Positions 22,790 to 36,878 of a stretch of DNA of 64,000 bases are shown piece after piece. The number at the start of each line of letters is the position of its first letter. The stretch's first letter is position 1. Source of the stretch: Vermamoeba vermiformis (Eukaryota); contig JBEWZL010000013.1 in assembly GCA_045837725.1 (NCBI GenBank), positions 62,001 to 126,000 of the forward strand. The letters run 5' to 3'. The position numbers and the translations under genes are program-made. The notes below the pieces were generated by a model that was not told the DNA's origin, ran no database searches, and saw only the letters and a list, made by a program, of their open reading frames with translations.

Positions 22790-25484
22790 TTATACTTCTT
22801 TGGTACTCGCTACGCTGTGCATCTGCTGACTGTGCGAAGAATTGCCGGATCTGCCAGTAGTATGGGAGCTCTTGCCGGACTTGGCTGAATCATTGCTCTT
22901 CATTTTTCGGTCATGAGCTTTGAGTTCAGCTAATCTCTCGCGAAGTTGTTGTTCGCGTCTTGACAGCAATTCAAGCTGTTCTTGCACCGCTTCAAAGGTC
23001 TCAGGGACATTAGTAGACGTAGGAGGGGTGCTGCTCCAAGTGGATCCGTTTCGCTTTCTCGTCGGATCGTTAGATCCGGTGGCCACGTAGTAGATCTTGG
23101 GAATCAAGAGAATACATAGTGTAGCCGTCACTCCCCATAGAATAGCGATGGATCTGATCAAGAAGTCGATATACCGATCTGAAATTCCGATCGCGAACAG
23201 CACGAGCAAGATTAACGCTGCAAAAGTGATGTTGTACATGGCAATCAAGATGAACTTGGACTCGTTGTACTCGCTGCGGATCTTGCGGGACCAAAAGCCA
23301 AGGACCACGCCTGCCAAGATGAGTAAAGCCTTGTATATGATGAGTACAATAGCGAACGGCAAAGAGTTGTCGGTGGTGCAAGTTCGGTAGTTGAGCACGG
23401 GTCTGTTTTCGTCCAAAACAATGGTTTCCATCTGAGGAGTAAACGCTCCAGACCATACAGCCAATACTATGATCTCGATTGTAAGTGCTACGGCCATTAT
23501 ACGAAGCAAGTACATGTTGGTCAATTTGATCATTTTCAAGCTGTGTTCGTGGAAGATCCGCCATACGCGCCAAGTCTTGGTAAGCAATGCGCTGAACATT
23601 AAGACGAATCCAACGCCAGCGAGCCAGTAACGCAAGTTGCACATAGCAGTAGTTGTTTCTAGCACCCAAAAGAACAATGAAGCGTAGATCATGGCGGCAC
23701 CAACGATGATCAGTTCCACGAAAAGTAAAGAAGAAGCGATAATCTGAGGTCTGTTGCGCCATGTAGCAAATAATATCATCATCACGAAGCAGGCCAGTAT
23801 TCCAAGAGCAGCAGCGGCTATAATGCCCTGTTCTTCTTTTCGTCCGTACCACGAGATCTGCTCTTGGCGCTCGTCCCAAGCAGGCATCGGATAGATCAAT
23901 TCGCTGGCAGAAGCAGCAATAGGAAGGACTATAACATCGTCATTGGTGCCGTTGAACTGAAGCGTTGCGCCGACTTGCGTATCCACGATCTGACCAAACG
24001 AGTTGAACTGAAGTTGACCGTAGAAAGTAGGTTGACTGAGTCTGTTAATCATGACACGCATATCTTCAATGGCTAACGAGTTAGAGGACTCAGCGGCGCC
24101 TTGGATCGATAAAGCACAGGCGAATTGGCATGCAGCATGGTAACTCGGAGAATAACCGAACCTGGCCACAAAGGTGTCATAGAAGATTTGGGGGCTAGCT
24201 CTATCAGGCTATGCATAAAATAGCGATTAAAATCATAATTTATCATTTGTGTACCGAGATCCCAATGCTATTTCTAGCATTTACGGCAAATCTTAAAATT
24301 CAAATAAACATACCGTATCGGGGAAGAAATGCAACGTGCTAGATCCATCTTCTTTGTATACTCGACCAGTCAATCTTCTGTCCCAAAGAGTTGTTCCGGT
24401 AACGTAACGGCCCGAATCTCCAAGCACCTGTCGAAAAGTTGGGGCATCGCTGGTGCATACTGATAATAAGAATGCGGGTGCGGTGTAGTTCATTTCTTGC
24501 GCAGCTTGAATGAAGGCGTAGCAACCAGGAGCGAAAACAGCGCCAGCAACGACATCCGGTTGAACTTGTTGCAGTTGAGCGATGACTTGCTTCATATTAG
24601 TTTTAGCATCATTGGTAAGCTTGGCAGCATATGGAACGGTGATATCGATGACCACATCCATTCTGTTGTCGTCTGCGCCATCCACAGCGCCTTGTCGAAC
24701 AGCTTGGAAGTAAAGCTCATTGGCGCCAGTTTCGCGGAATACTCCAACAGTCTTAGCGCCTTGCACTCTAGCTAAAGATATAGCTGGGGGAAAGATGCTA
24801 GCTGCACTAGGCTGGACGCCGACTAAGTACTCAAATCTGCGACCCTGAACGGATGTGCACGGAGTAAACATGTTGCTGTCGCATTCAAAGATCGAAGGCG
24901 ATGAGCCAGCTAGCAATAGATAAGCGTTAGTTTAGCTCCGATGCCGTGCATAAAATAAATAAATTTAAATATATCGAATTTTCCATAAAAGGAATTGCTT
25001 TCAAGCGCAAGGATACGGTTTATACTGACGGCAGTATTAAACCAGAATAATTGCAAAGTATCTTTCGCACGAGATTATTGCATAATTGATAAATATACGC
25101 ACCTGCAGCACAAGACAATATGTTGTGTTTTTCCGCCTCGATCGCGTGCACCTCCGTCAAAGAACTTGAAAAGGGAGCCAACATAGCATTAACAACGCCA
25201 TAAGTACCATTAGCTACGGCTCTAATCGCGTCGATCGTATTTTGGGCCATCTGCGCATCTGTTGGGGCACCAATGTCGATTGAAATTAATTCGACGGGAT
25301 GATAGGTCCCGTTAACTAATACTCCGCCACGGGCATTGATTAATTCGCTCCATAATATCTCGCCATCACGTAGGACTTTGGCTGAGGTCAAAGTGGAATT
25401 GAGTGGCTGGATGGAGACGATCCTCATGACTCCAAACACCGAGATTACGTGCAATAATAGCACGAATACGATGCCTTTCTTCAT
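22790..25484 (-). CDS. Class C (family 3, GABA-B-like) G-protein-coupled receptor
   Basis: Signal peptide; periplasmic-binding-protein-like ectodomain (INARGGV, APFSSSLT); 7TM with FSALLTKTWRVWRIF, YNESKFI, LLIPKI; coiled-coil tail. Confidence 0.9.
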
Positions 25485-27246
25485 TATAATATTATCTAAA
25501 CGGTAATATAAGTAAATATACCCGTAAGATTGCGCAAGAGTATATTTTAAAGCCTTACCTAAGCTTGAAAAAACTAACGAATTGACCGTAACGCGAAAAG
25601 CTCTAGTGTGTTCGTCAGTTGGCAGAGATCGATGAAAAATTATTGTGCTGTTTCACTTTTCGAATTTAAATCTCGCGCATTGATTGCTGACACGCGCTTG
25701 ACATTTGAACAAAACTTAAAAATTACTTGTTTGTGATTGGTGAATTTCAGTCATCTTTGGCAAGTTCAAAATTATTAAGATATTTAAGAATGTCGATGTA
25801 TACTTAACTGCACCTTAATTGACTTGATAAAAATCTTGATCTAACCTCGGAGTTGTTGCAGCAGAGGTGATCGATCCAAGCAGCCAATAGGAGGTTAAAG
25901 AATGTTTGGCATTCTAACTGCCACAGCCAATATCTCGGGTATATCCCGGTTCACCTTCCCTAGGGATAAAAATTTAAATTTAAACTGGACGCTCGTCTGA
26001 TTCGTAACGTTGGTCCAAGTAAAGAAGATGATTGATATACTTGACGTACCTTAGTCGAAATGGTAGCATTGATTGATATACAACCCAAAAGTCATGACGG
26101 TTCGGAGTTAAGGACTGCTTTGGTGTGTCGGTTTTGATCGGCTATTTGCTTTATTTAGAAGTAAGCATTTAATGTTCATCATTGTTTTCGTCCCTATTGA
26201 AGATTGTCATGTAATAATAATTAAAATAAATATTTAAATAATATTTTTTCGAGATCAACGGCATTCATACAGCTGATATTAGTTTGATGGTGATTTAATA
26301 GCATTAATATGCCTCGTCGGGATTATTTAAATGAGATCTTATTTAATTGAGCTGCTAAGTTGATCGAATATATTACACGCGCTTGATATCAAGAGCGGTG
26401 AGGTGAAGCATACTCATTGGACGTTCTCTTATAAAATAGATTTGTGGCGATGAAACCAAAAGGTTTGAAAAGAGCGGCAAATTGCATTTTGATTCAGTTC
26501 CATCATTTCGAAGACAGAATAGCAACAATGCTTTACATCTTCAGTAACTATTCAGTAATAAAACGGCTTTATGAATAAATTGGAAGCGCATGAGACAGAA
26601 AATGTCGTAAGGTAAGTAAGCCAAATCTGGATTGAAATGAAAAATGAACGAAAGCAATTACAAAGGGAGAATATAAATTATGGAAAAATTAATGAAATTT
26701 ATCTATCCTCAGGGAGGTGGCTACTCGACCAGATGCTACAAATCCACTGATTGCGGGCGACAATGAGCCTGCAGCGGAAATTACGGCTTTGACTATGAAG
26801 CCATCGAGCAATTCAACGACAGTAATGTATATGCTCGAAGCTTTGACGGTGGGTGTGCCTTTTTGCCCGAAACCTACAAAGTCAAACCCCTCAACCCTGA
26901 TGGAGGCTGGCATCATGTTCCAATAATAATGGAGATCGAACGATCAGTATATTTTAATCCCTCGAGCAACAGTTCGTACAACTTAAAACGGCGCTCATGT
27001 ACGATTACTCTCTACAGAAGGCAAGTTCGAGTTGGAGGAAAACAGACCTCGCATGTACTCGAAATTATTAACCGCCACTCTACTGCGATACCTAAATTGC
27101 AATACCAGTATTGCGGTATTAATTCAGTAAGCTCAATGAACGTTTTTCTAAATTAAGATTTTCTGAGCTCACAAGTTTTCGGCCACTTAACGAAGGAATT
27201 TAGAATCAGTTTTGTTTCATACCTTTATCACAATAATATCGACACC

Positions 27247-27699
27247 ATGGACTTTGTAGTCGAGAGAAGTTTCTTGCGTAAATTGCTCTTGTTCGATGGG
27301 ATCGCAACCGGATTTCCAAGTGCACTCGCCGTAGTCTATCATAAAGCATTAATGCCAATCCTCGGCTTCTCGTCAAATTATTTGATATGGAAATTTGGTG
27401 CTTTAGCAGCATACGGAGGCTTAATTGTAGTTGGCGAGCGGATCAACAAAAAATTATTGCAGAAAAATTCAGGAAAATCGAATAACACCCCTACCTGGCT
27501 TGTTATGTTTGGCGCACTATCGAATATCGTGTTCAGCATTGAAAGCATTTTTGTATTGCTTTCAAACAAGATTCCGGCAATTACCTCGCTCGGACAAAGC
27601 ATGCTGGCTTCGGTGGCAGCTGGAGGACTCGCTTTTCCTGCCATATTTTTGTATTTATGGAGTAAACAGCAGAGAGCAGTCAATTCAAAAGATGACTGA
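27247..27699 (+). CDS. Intronless 150-aa four-helix membrane protein resembling a bacterial hypothetical membrane family
   Basis: ATG-initiated ORF with four hydrophobic segments and the pattern FLRKLLLFDGIATG...LG...SN..FSIESI..L...ITSLG. Confidence 0.65.
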   Translation: MDFVVERSFLRKLLLFDGIATGFPSALAVVYHKALMPILGFSSNYLIWKFGALAAYGGLIVVGERINKKLLQKNSGKSNNTPTWLVMFGALSNIVFSIESIFVLLSNKIPAITSLGQSMLASVAAGGLAFPAIFLYLWSKQQRAVNSKDD

Positions 27700-28041
27700 G
27701 CTCCGTTAGCGATCTGGGATCTGACTAGTTAACGGTCCTTGTTACATTAGTATTTAATTAAGTAGAAGATAACTTAGATCGCTGTCATCGCGCGTAATGC
27801 TTCAATAAAAATAGGTTATAATGATTGGAAATAAGCATTTTTGATAGTTGTACTAACTCTACTTTATTTCTGCGCCTTTAAGATCTAGATCGCTCGAACA
27901 AAATCAAATTTGAACCAGGAGCAGCTTTAATGAGGCGGAGTATATGATAAACCATCATACAACGGTTGAATAGAACAATATTTAATAAATTAAGCGTCTT
28001 TATTTACTAAGAAATGCGCTTTTGGATCGTGTTATGAAGTT

Positions 28042-31000
28042 TTAAGCAGTACTTTCCTTATTCTCTTTTTCCTCTTCAATTTCTTCCAAGAACTGCGTTA
28101 CTACCTTCTTTTCAACATTAAAGTCCAGCGCACCGTCTTTAACAACAATGGTCACGCGATCTGCGTCGCCGATAGCGCCTTCAATCATCTTCGTGGCCAA
28201 TGGGTTCAAAATTGACTTTTGAATGACACGCTTGAGCGGGCGAGCACCATAAGTGACATCATAGCTAAACAGAAAAGTCAATATGGGACTTTCCAAATCC
28301 AGATCCGGCTTGCTTACCCATGGTTGGCCAACCAATTACGAGCATCGGATGATACATCTAGAACAATCTTCTTTTCGTACATAAGGTTCTCAAGTTCTAA
28401 TATCAAAAAGTCAGCTCTGCCAAGGTACATCCGGACTCCTAAAATGAGACTTACTCTTGACTTGAATGTCAACAATGCGGTGCATTAACTTGGGCGACAA
28501 TCGATTGAACAAGATAATGTCGTCAATTCTGTTCAAGAATTCAGGCGGGAATTGTGACTTGACAACTGCCATCACCGAGTCACGTGCTTCAGAGCTCGGC
28601 GCGCCTTCAGGTAACGAAGCCAATGCATCGGCACCCAAGTTCGACGTCATGATAATGAACGTGTTTCTGAAGTCAATCTTGCGGCCTTGACTGTCCGTCA
28701 ATCTACCTTCATCCAACACTTGCAACAAGATGTTTGACACCTGTCACAACCTCTCGTTAGACAAAGTCTTGTACCAAATTAAATGTTCGGTTGTACCTCT
28801 CTGTGAGCCTTCTCGAACTCATCAAACAAGACCAATGAATAAGGTCTGCGTCTAACAGCTTCGGTCAAGACACCTCCTTCTTCGTAGCCAACGTAGCCAG
28901 GAGGAGCACCAATCAATCGGGACACGGAGAATTTTTCCATGTACTCGCTCATGTCAATGCGAATCATGGCTTGCGGACTGTCAAACATGAACTCGGCCAA
29001 TGCCTTGCACAGCTCTGTTTTACCAACACCAGTGGGGCCTAAGAACAAGAAGCTGCCCAGTGGTCTTTCGTGCGCGTGAAGGCCAGCGCGACTGATACGC
29101 ATGGCATTGCTGACAGCGCTGACTGCTTCTTCTTGACCGACAACAGCACCGTCTAACACGGACTCCATGTGCACTAATTTCTCTTTTTCACCCATCAACA
29201 AGTTCTGTGACACGATTAGTAATGATATTAAGGGTGATATAGATTCGTGTACTTACCGAGACAGGAATGCCAGTCATTCGGCCAACAACTTCGGCAATGT
29301 CTTTGGCGGTGACAGCATCACGCACCATGTTCGTGGTGGTAGCATTGCTGCTCCTGCGAGTATGTTTGTATTTGCATTTGAGCGCATATTTTAGGTACGT
29401 ACTTGGCTTTCTTCTTAAGCAGTGCTTCGTACTCGGGAATAACTCCGTAAGCTAACTCCGAGGCACGACTCCAATCTCCGCGTCGCTGCGCCAAGTCCAA
29501 CTCTCGTTTGGCCTCTTCGAGCTTGGCTTTGGCTGACTTTTCCTTTTGCAACAGCTCTCGTTCTGCGTGCCATTTTTGCATCAACTCATCCAACTGTCTG
29601 CCTTTTTCGTCGAGTTCTCTGTTGATCTTTTTCAATCTTTCACGGGAGTTTGGATCTTTTTCTTTTTGTAGAGCCGCTCGTTCAATGTTCAAAGTGATAA
29701 TTGCCCGATCTAACAATTCAATTTCTTCGGGCTTGCTTTCTTGTTGCAATCGCAATCGACTTGCCGACTCGTCAATCAAATCAATGGCCTATTCACACCA
29801 CAGATTAGATTCAGATTATAGTACTACAATGTGATATACCTTATCGGGCAAGAATCTATCAGTGATATATCGATTTGAATAGACCGCTGCTGCCACAATT
29901 GCATCGTCTGTAATTCTGACTCCGTGATGGATTTCATATCGCTCTTTCACTAAACATATGACGTTAATAACAATGCATTTCACTATATTACCACTTACAT
30001 CCTCTTAACATAGTAATTGTAGTCTCAACTGAAGGCTCTGAGACCAACACAGGCTGGAAACGTCGTGCCAAAGCTGGGTCTTTCTCAATGTACTAAAAGC
30101 ATTCTGAAGTTAGTACGGCCATATACAATCACCGAGGAAATTAATACCTTTCTGTATTCAGACAATGTTGTAGCGCCAACGCAATGTAATTCACCACGTG
30201 CTAGTTGAGGCTTCAGCAAGTTGGACGCATCCATGGATCTACGAACGAGTTAGAAGAATGGACTAATAGAGTGCGTATCGTTAATTGGTACGTACCCTTC
30301 AGCAGCACCAGATCCGACAAGTGTATGCAACTCATCTATGAATAAAATGACGTCGCCTTTGGCCGAGGCAATGTCCTTCAAAACTCCTTTCAATCTCTCT
30401 TCAAATTCTCCTCGGAACTTGGCTCCAGCAACCAATGCGCCTAGTAACATACGTTAATATAGGGCTTCAAAAAGGGTTGGATCCAGACTTACCGAGATCG
30501 AGTGCGAGTACGCGCTTATTTTTGATACTGTCTGGAACTTCGCCGTTTACGATTCGAATAGCCAGACCTTCAGCAATAGCCGTTTTACCGACACCTGTTG
30601 ATATTTACGAATTATTTTGAATTTATTTTCAATGATGACGTCATTTTTGGAAATAGATCTGAAATTGAAACAAAAACTTACCAGGCTCTCCGTACAGTAC
30701 TGGATTATTCTTTGTTCGTCTGCTTAAAACCTGAATAGTTCGCCTAATTTCGTCTTCTCTGCCAATTACGGGATCGAGTTTGCCATCTCGCGCCAATTTG
30801 GTCAGATCTTTCGTGAACTTCTCCAAATATTGTCCAGCGGGCACTGTAGCTCCTATTAGTATATCGGAGGCTTTACATTTCGGACGAAGAACGTACCTGC
30901 TTTTGGATCAACCCACGGCTCGTTCTGTTGGTGCTGATCTTGCTGGCGGCGAGGAGCTGGCGTAAAAAATTAATAAATATACCAGAAAACAACATTTCCA

Positions 31001-31364
31001 TATTAAAATAACTTCTATTCTCAGTTATCTCCTCGCGTGAATTCACCGTATTATTAATGAAAAATTTTGCTTCATAAAAATACTTTAACAAGCTTAGAAT
31101 AATTTAAAAAAATCTCCTATTGATATTGGACGTACCACTAGTGTTAAAGAATCGATTGGGACTATTATTCATTTTTTCCTGCATCGTGACAAATAAAGGC
31201 TTCGCACTTTTTGTGTTGAAGACAGATGCAGAGGCTGTAGCATTCTTTTTGGCACCTAAAGGCCTGAATATTGATGACGTAGAATAAAAATTGTTTTGCA
31301 AACCGCGCTTGTCGATGCGCGAGAGCAATCTGGTAGTTTGTTTGCAGATCTGTTGAAGTGACAT
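28042..31364 (-). CDS. HSP78: Mitochondrial ClpB/Hsp78 AAA+ disaggregase
   Basis: Presequence and no Clp N-domain; [44 protein letters not shown]-domain, [25 protein letters not shown]. Confidence 0.95.
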
Positions 31365-32158
31365 GGTAACTCTTCTAATTGACAAATTAATGCACAATTT
31401 GTGTTTGCCAATGACTTTTGTAATTGGATCTGTCAGAGAAGCAACGCAGGTGACGTCAAAAAACGGAGTTTTTCAGAATTTCAGCGAAATTTCTGAGCAG
31501 CTGCTCTCCTTCGAACGCAGTATAGTCGCGTAAGCAACAAGATCATTATGCTCATTGGCATGTGGTATAGGAATAGAAAGAATACTTTTTCGGCCAGAGG
31601 GTAAGCTGAAAATCGGCCTAACAAAAAATAGTTTATTAGATTTATTTGGCTCGTGCGCACACTACTGATAAGTACTCACAATAGGCTTGTAATGGCACCG
31701 GAGTTATGGTGCAATTGGAAATCAGCTCAATTGCTATCACACCACGAAGCAAAGGGCAAGAGGGCAAGTCGGGTCTACGTCCAGATGCAACTTCTACGAC
31801 CAGAACGTTTATTCAAATTGAAAAAAATCCCCAAAATAATTTCGCAGATTACCCCATCTGTTGAAGTTCCAAAATCAAAGAGCGGGATAGATTTAAAAAA
31901 ATATTTATTTTTGGTTTCAATTTAAACCGACCAAAAAAAAACGCTTCTAGACCCTAAACTATGGCTTTAGCAACTTTACCGTTTGGCTTCTAGAACAATG
32001 TTTGGAAGAGTAGACCATTTTCCAAATTAGGAAAAGATCGCCGCTTGTACCTTCAAACTCTGAGCACATGGCTGAATGAGCAAGATGATAAATTGCTTGT
32101 TTTTTCATCAACAATTCAATCAATCGACAATCAAACAACAACAACAACACATAACAAA

Positions 32159-33265
32159 ATGAGCAACCTGTAAGTACCGGATCCACGTGTACAAAGTAAG
32201 CACATATCTAATTTTGTGTCAATATAGTCTTCGTATAGTAGTTACTGGCATTACTGGTCAGCAAGGTGGAGCAGCTGCTCGTCATTTATTGGCCAGCGGC
32301 AAGTTTGAAGGTAAGTCGCATCAAATTCATACTTTTAGATCAATCCTTAAATCTGTATCAATTTATATTCCTATAATATAATTCGTACATGTTAGTATTT
32401 ATTGAATGACCCTTTCTAATGAGTTTTTTTGTAGTTGCTGGCTTAGTACGCGACCCTTCAGCTGAAAAAGCCAAGGCTTGGGAAAGCAAAGGTAATATAC
32501 GATGCCTATATATATGTATTTGCTATAATTTCAATTTCATGCCGCACAATTTTTGGTTTGAATTGAAATTTACGGATCTTTATTTGATCAGGTGTTAAAC
32601 TCGTCAAGGGAGACTTAGAAGATGTTTCTTCCCTCGAATCAGCATTCAAGGGTGCTCATGGTGTCTACCTCGTAGTTAATTTCTGGGGCATCGGTCCCGA
32701 CGGTGAGCTTCGCCAAGGCAAAAACGCGATCGATGCAGCAAAACGCGCAGGAGTGAAGCACTTGGTCTACTCTTCAGTCGGAGCTGCTGATAAGAATAGT
32801 GGCGTGCCTCACTTTGAAAGCAAATGGGAAACAGAAAAGTACTTGGCTGCATCCGGATTGCACTACTCAACGATCCGACCAGTTTACTTTATGGAAAACT
32901 TATTCTTCCCTGACACTATTAAGGACGGCGTATTTTATCAAGCTATGAAGCCCACCGACAAACTTCAAGCTATTGCCGCTGATGATATTGGTGCTTTTGC
33001 CGCAATCGCCTTTGAAAAACCGGATCTGTTGCCAAATAAGGCAATCGAGATTGCCGGAGACGAGCTTACTATGCAAGAGTGGACTAAAGTTATCGGCGCT
33101 AAGAAATTCCAAGAAGTTCCTCTTGAAGTCCTGCCTCACGAAGCGAAGGTCATGTTCAAATTCTTCCAAGACGTTGGATACGGCGCTAACGTCGCTGAAT
33201 GCAAGAAATTGTATCCTAATTTGACCGATTTGAAGACTTGGGCGGAAAAGAACCTCAAGCATTAA
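32159..33265 (+). CDS. NmrA/HSCARG-like NAD(P)-binding protein
   Basis: IVVTGITGQQGGAAARHLL, GVKHLVYSSV, VPHFESK, IRPVYFMEN. Confidence 0.9.
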
Positions 33266-33305
33266 TACGAAAATAAATTAATAAATTTATAAATATTTAG
33301 TCGTT

Positions 33306-34993
33306 TTATAAGAGTACAACAGATACGATACTTAGCAACAACCATAACATTGCAATGGCGCTGCCAGAGCTAGTTACAGGTGTTTTCGTCGATGAAGGTG
33401 CAACAGCGTTGGGTGCATCCGAAGCGGCAGGTGACTGGTTCGGTTGTTGACTGGCGCTTTCAATTGCTAGCTCAAAGACATTTGGAGAAGGTACTTTCTC
33501 ACACATAGCCATGACAGCTGGGCAATCATTGAGCAATGAGTTGTTTGACGAAATCAGTGCCACTACCGATTCAATCGTGCATTCATCGTAGGTGACACGT
33601 GGTGCATTTTGAACTCTATAGTACCAGTTGTATATCGCTTCTGTTGGCATACGACCTTGAATGACCATGGTGTCGTCAAGACCATGCATGAGACATGTTG
33701 TCAAGAACAGTCCATCGACGAGTGGATCACGCACAAAGTCGGTGTAGATGGAGAGGTTTGCGTAGTGACCAAGTCTTAATCAAATAATCAGGTGCATTAG
33801 GGTCAGAATATGCACTACTGAAGCCGAGATTTCCCAGCATTGACGTGTCAATGAACGAGTTCATGGAGAAGAGTCTGTTGGGCAAGTAGTTCCATGCATA
33901 GCGAGGGAACAGACAGTAGGTCTCGTTGCCTGGATTGGCTGCGGCACATGCTTCATTCACTCGACTTTGGTACAGGACTGAACCGTAGGCGAGCATCTGT
34001 GGGAACGAAGGACCGCTCCATGAGGGAGTGAAGTCAGTGAACCATCCTGCATTCATCAGACCTGAGATTTGTGCGTTGGGGAATTTCTAGACGAGATAAT
34101 CGTTAGATCTAACTGAGAACTGACTTGGCGAAAGGTACGTACTTTGTTGAACCAGTCCATATTCGACGTCACTCCTCCAAGTGCACCTGCACTGCCTCCA
34201 CGAACGACAATTTCAGTAGCGTTGACAATGTCGTAGTTGTTCATTATGTCTACGGAAGAGACCAGTTAGATGAGGTTTGAATAAATCGGTTCTGATACGT
34301 ACCTTGAATAACACCCTCAACGATCAAATGACCAGCAAAGTAGAATCCATAAGTATCATTCGACACTGACTTGCGAGTACCAGTCCACAAGTCACTGCTG
34401 CAGTACGGAATGTGAACTCGTGTCCAGTTCCAAAACGCCTGTCAAAAAATATGACACGTGTCAATCGAGGAAAGAATTGAAAGCTATAGTACTCACTGGA
34501 TTGAGGACAGGATCACCCGAGAAGGCTGTTCTTCCAGGAATAGGATTGTTGAAGTAATTCGAAGAGCCAAGCTCGTTCTACATTATTCGGGTCAGTCGGT
34601 GTTAAATCAAGCTGATTCGCCTACCATTGAGCGAGTCGTGCACAGTTTTTGGTCAAGACAAAGACCTCCGCCTTCAAGCGAGATTAACCATTTGTTAGGG
34701 ACCGAACCTGCGTGCACACGTTAGAACTTTAATTAACAAATGGATCTTCATCCTGAACTGTCTTTCAATAATTACCTTTCGAATAGTAATATCCTGCTGG
34801 AGTCCCGTCCATACTAAACGGCGACTTGAGTTAGAAAGAAATTTAAACTGCATCAAATCCGGAAGCAACGAACATACCAGCGTGCACCGGTTGCTTGTAC
34901 GAGCGTTTCGTCCAATAACTTTAACGGTAAAGTATCTTGGCAGGCTATTAGCTGAACGAGCAATAGTAAGGCCACGGTTAATTTGAAGATCAT
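33306..34993 (-). CDS. Pectinacetylesterase/Notum-family alpha/beta hydrolase, copy 1, GPI-like tail (1-nt frameshift near 33776)
   Basis: CMDG.PAGYY, WLISLEGGGLC, FWNWTRVHIPYCSSDLWTG, GGSAGA nucleophile motif; hydrophobic C-terminus. Confidence 0.85.
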
Positions 34994-35389
34994 TTTCGGT
35001 GGATCGTTGGCGCGGCTTGGTGTCGATCTGTATCTTTCGTTGTAATTGTGCCAAGGGCGTTCTGAATAAATATTTTGGGGCCACGTCACAATAAATCAAA
35101 ATGATTTGGCCGCTGGGACTTTTGGACTCGAGTTGTGTCCAGTCCAAGAGGACTTTTCATGGTGCACGAATTCAATCAATAGCGCACATGAAAAATTGTA
35201 AAAATTAAATTATTGGCATTGGCATATTACTGTAAGCGGTTGTCGCAAATCGAATCAAAATTGAAATCGAATCCATTTTCTTTTCGGTTTGAATCAATTG
35301 CCCTTCTGCAAATAATAATATTAATACGAGTGTCTGAGTTCCTAGAGAATCTTCGAGTGTGTTGGTCTGCGGATATCCGTCTCGATTTA

Positions 35390-35575
35390 GCCTGGGAACC
35401 CCGCCAAACAAATTTAATTTTCTGTCTTTCCTTGGAACCCGTTCGTTTAAATCATTTCTTAGCTCGCAAGCAACAACAACAACAAATGATGCCAAAGTAG
35501 TAATACAAGAACCTCTTGTAGTGTAAGTTCTGCAGATAGTTCGCAACAGCCAATTTCATACCAATCCGCTCGGAG
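35390..35575 (-). pseudogene. Copy B of the CCCCC-containing fragment (inverted relative to 19843-20060)
   Basis: LAVANYLQNLHYKRFLYYYFGIICCCCCLR, then a frameshift to NDLNER. Confidence 0.5.
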
Positions 35576-36878
35576 GTTGCAAGTTCGTTACTATTAAGCA
35601 AATCATTAAAGTAATAGATAATGTATACGTAATAACCATTGATCACTCGTAGGGTTGCCTTTCTGATTGAAACAAATGGAAACGAGATCTTGGCCGTTAC
35701 GTTTCGCGCTCAAAATCAAACTTGCGAGTAAGTATTTTAATAATTAAACAAATACAACCATTGGATAAATCCGAACGTATATATTCTTTAAAGAGAATTG
35801 CGATATTTAAAATTACTGGTGCCTTAATTTTCATTTTTTTTTTATTTAAATAAAAAATCAACCGACTTTCCAGTCTTTGAAATTGTCGTTCAATCTTTTT
35901 GAGCCATAGCCATCGGTATACTTGAAGCATAGTCATTTGCATACTTCGGGCCGACTTTTAAATTGAATGAGACGCAACAACCTCCAAATCTGCTCGCGTG
36001 CCGTCAAACTCGATCTCTCGCTCTTATCGGACGAGACAAATTGTCCTATTTCTCTGCTAACCAAACAAATAATACGCTGTATTATCTGGAAATAGAGACA
36101 TCTTAAAGCCATTATGTCGTGCGTCGCTTGGATGTGGGGGTACAGTCTTGACGAATTTTCTGAAGTCGGGATTGCCTTCAATGGATCAGTTGTATTATTT
36201 AAAAATGATCAATTTAGCGACCGCAATATGCCAGTTGTTAAGCGAAATGTCGCCAAACCTGGGGTGATGAGTAGGGAGTTACAGCCTCGCCGCAATCAAC
36301 CCCATGAAGTCAATGAGCAACGTATTGAGGAACCGAAAGAAGGCACGAATCAGCTCAATGAAATCAATAAGCAGATCATCGAGCAACGCAAAAAAAATAA
36401 TCGTTGGGCTGCAGAAAGCGTAAGTCTCATTTCCAACGATTATTATTTTACTGGACTAAATTCCCTTAGTTTGACAGCGTTTATGAAAGGTTAGCCAAAG
36501 TGGAGCTAGAACAGCGCCTAAAAAGCTGCAAATGGGTCAAAGAGCTCAGTAGCGCAAGTAAACGCAAACTGCGCTTGACTACCACGCAACAGTCCCGCTT
36601 GGATCCATGCCACGCTCTGACGGACGAAGTATCACGAGTTGCTGCAGACCTGCCACCAAAGAAGCAAGCAAAATTGCCGAGCACCACGCCCTACGTAGAA
36701 ACGGACAAAGTGTACTGCATTAAACCGCCGAGGAATCAGTACCAGTGGCTTATAAAGAGCCGTTTGTGATCAAACACTCTAAGAAGTGGAACAATATTTT
36801 ATAGTCCTTGGAAGGACCGAAGATGGTGTAAATAAAGTCCGGTGCGATTCTATACTTCAAAATCTTAAAGTTTACCGT

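Noticed and set aside
26090-26150. ATGAC...AA...TGAT SECIS-like string
   Set aside because: Helix II pairs poorly and there is no upstream same-strand selenoprotein candidate.
26713-27156. Coding-like frame with an in-frame TGA (CGRQ*ACSG)
   Set aside because: No recognisable family, start or downstream SECIS; probably decayed sequence.
31470-31500. Possible heat-shock element or inverted repeat upstream of HSP78
   Set aside because: Only one correctly spaced GAAnnTTC unit; the other units are out of phase.
35933-36769. Short ORFs between the esterase copies
   Set aside because: Spliced joining hits a stop and no motif is recognisable.
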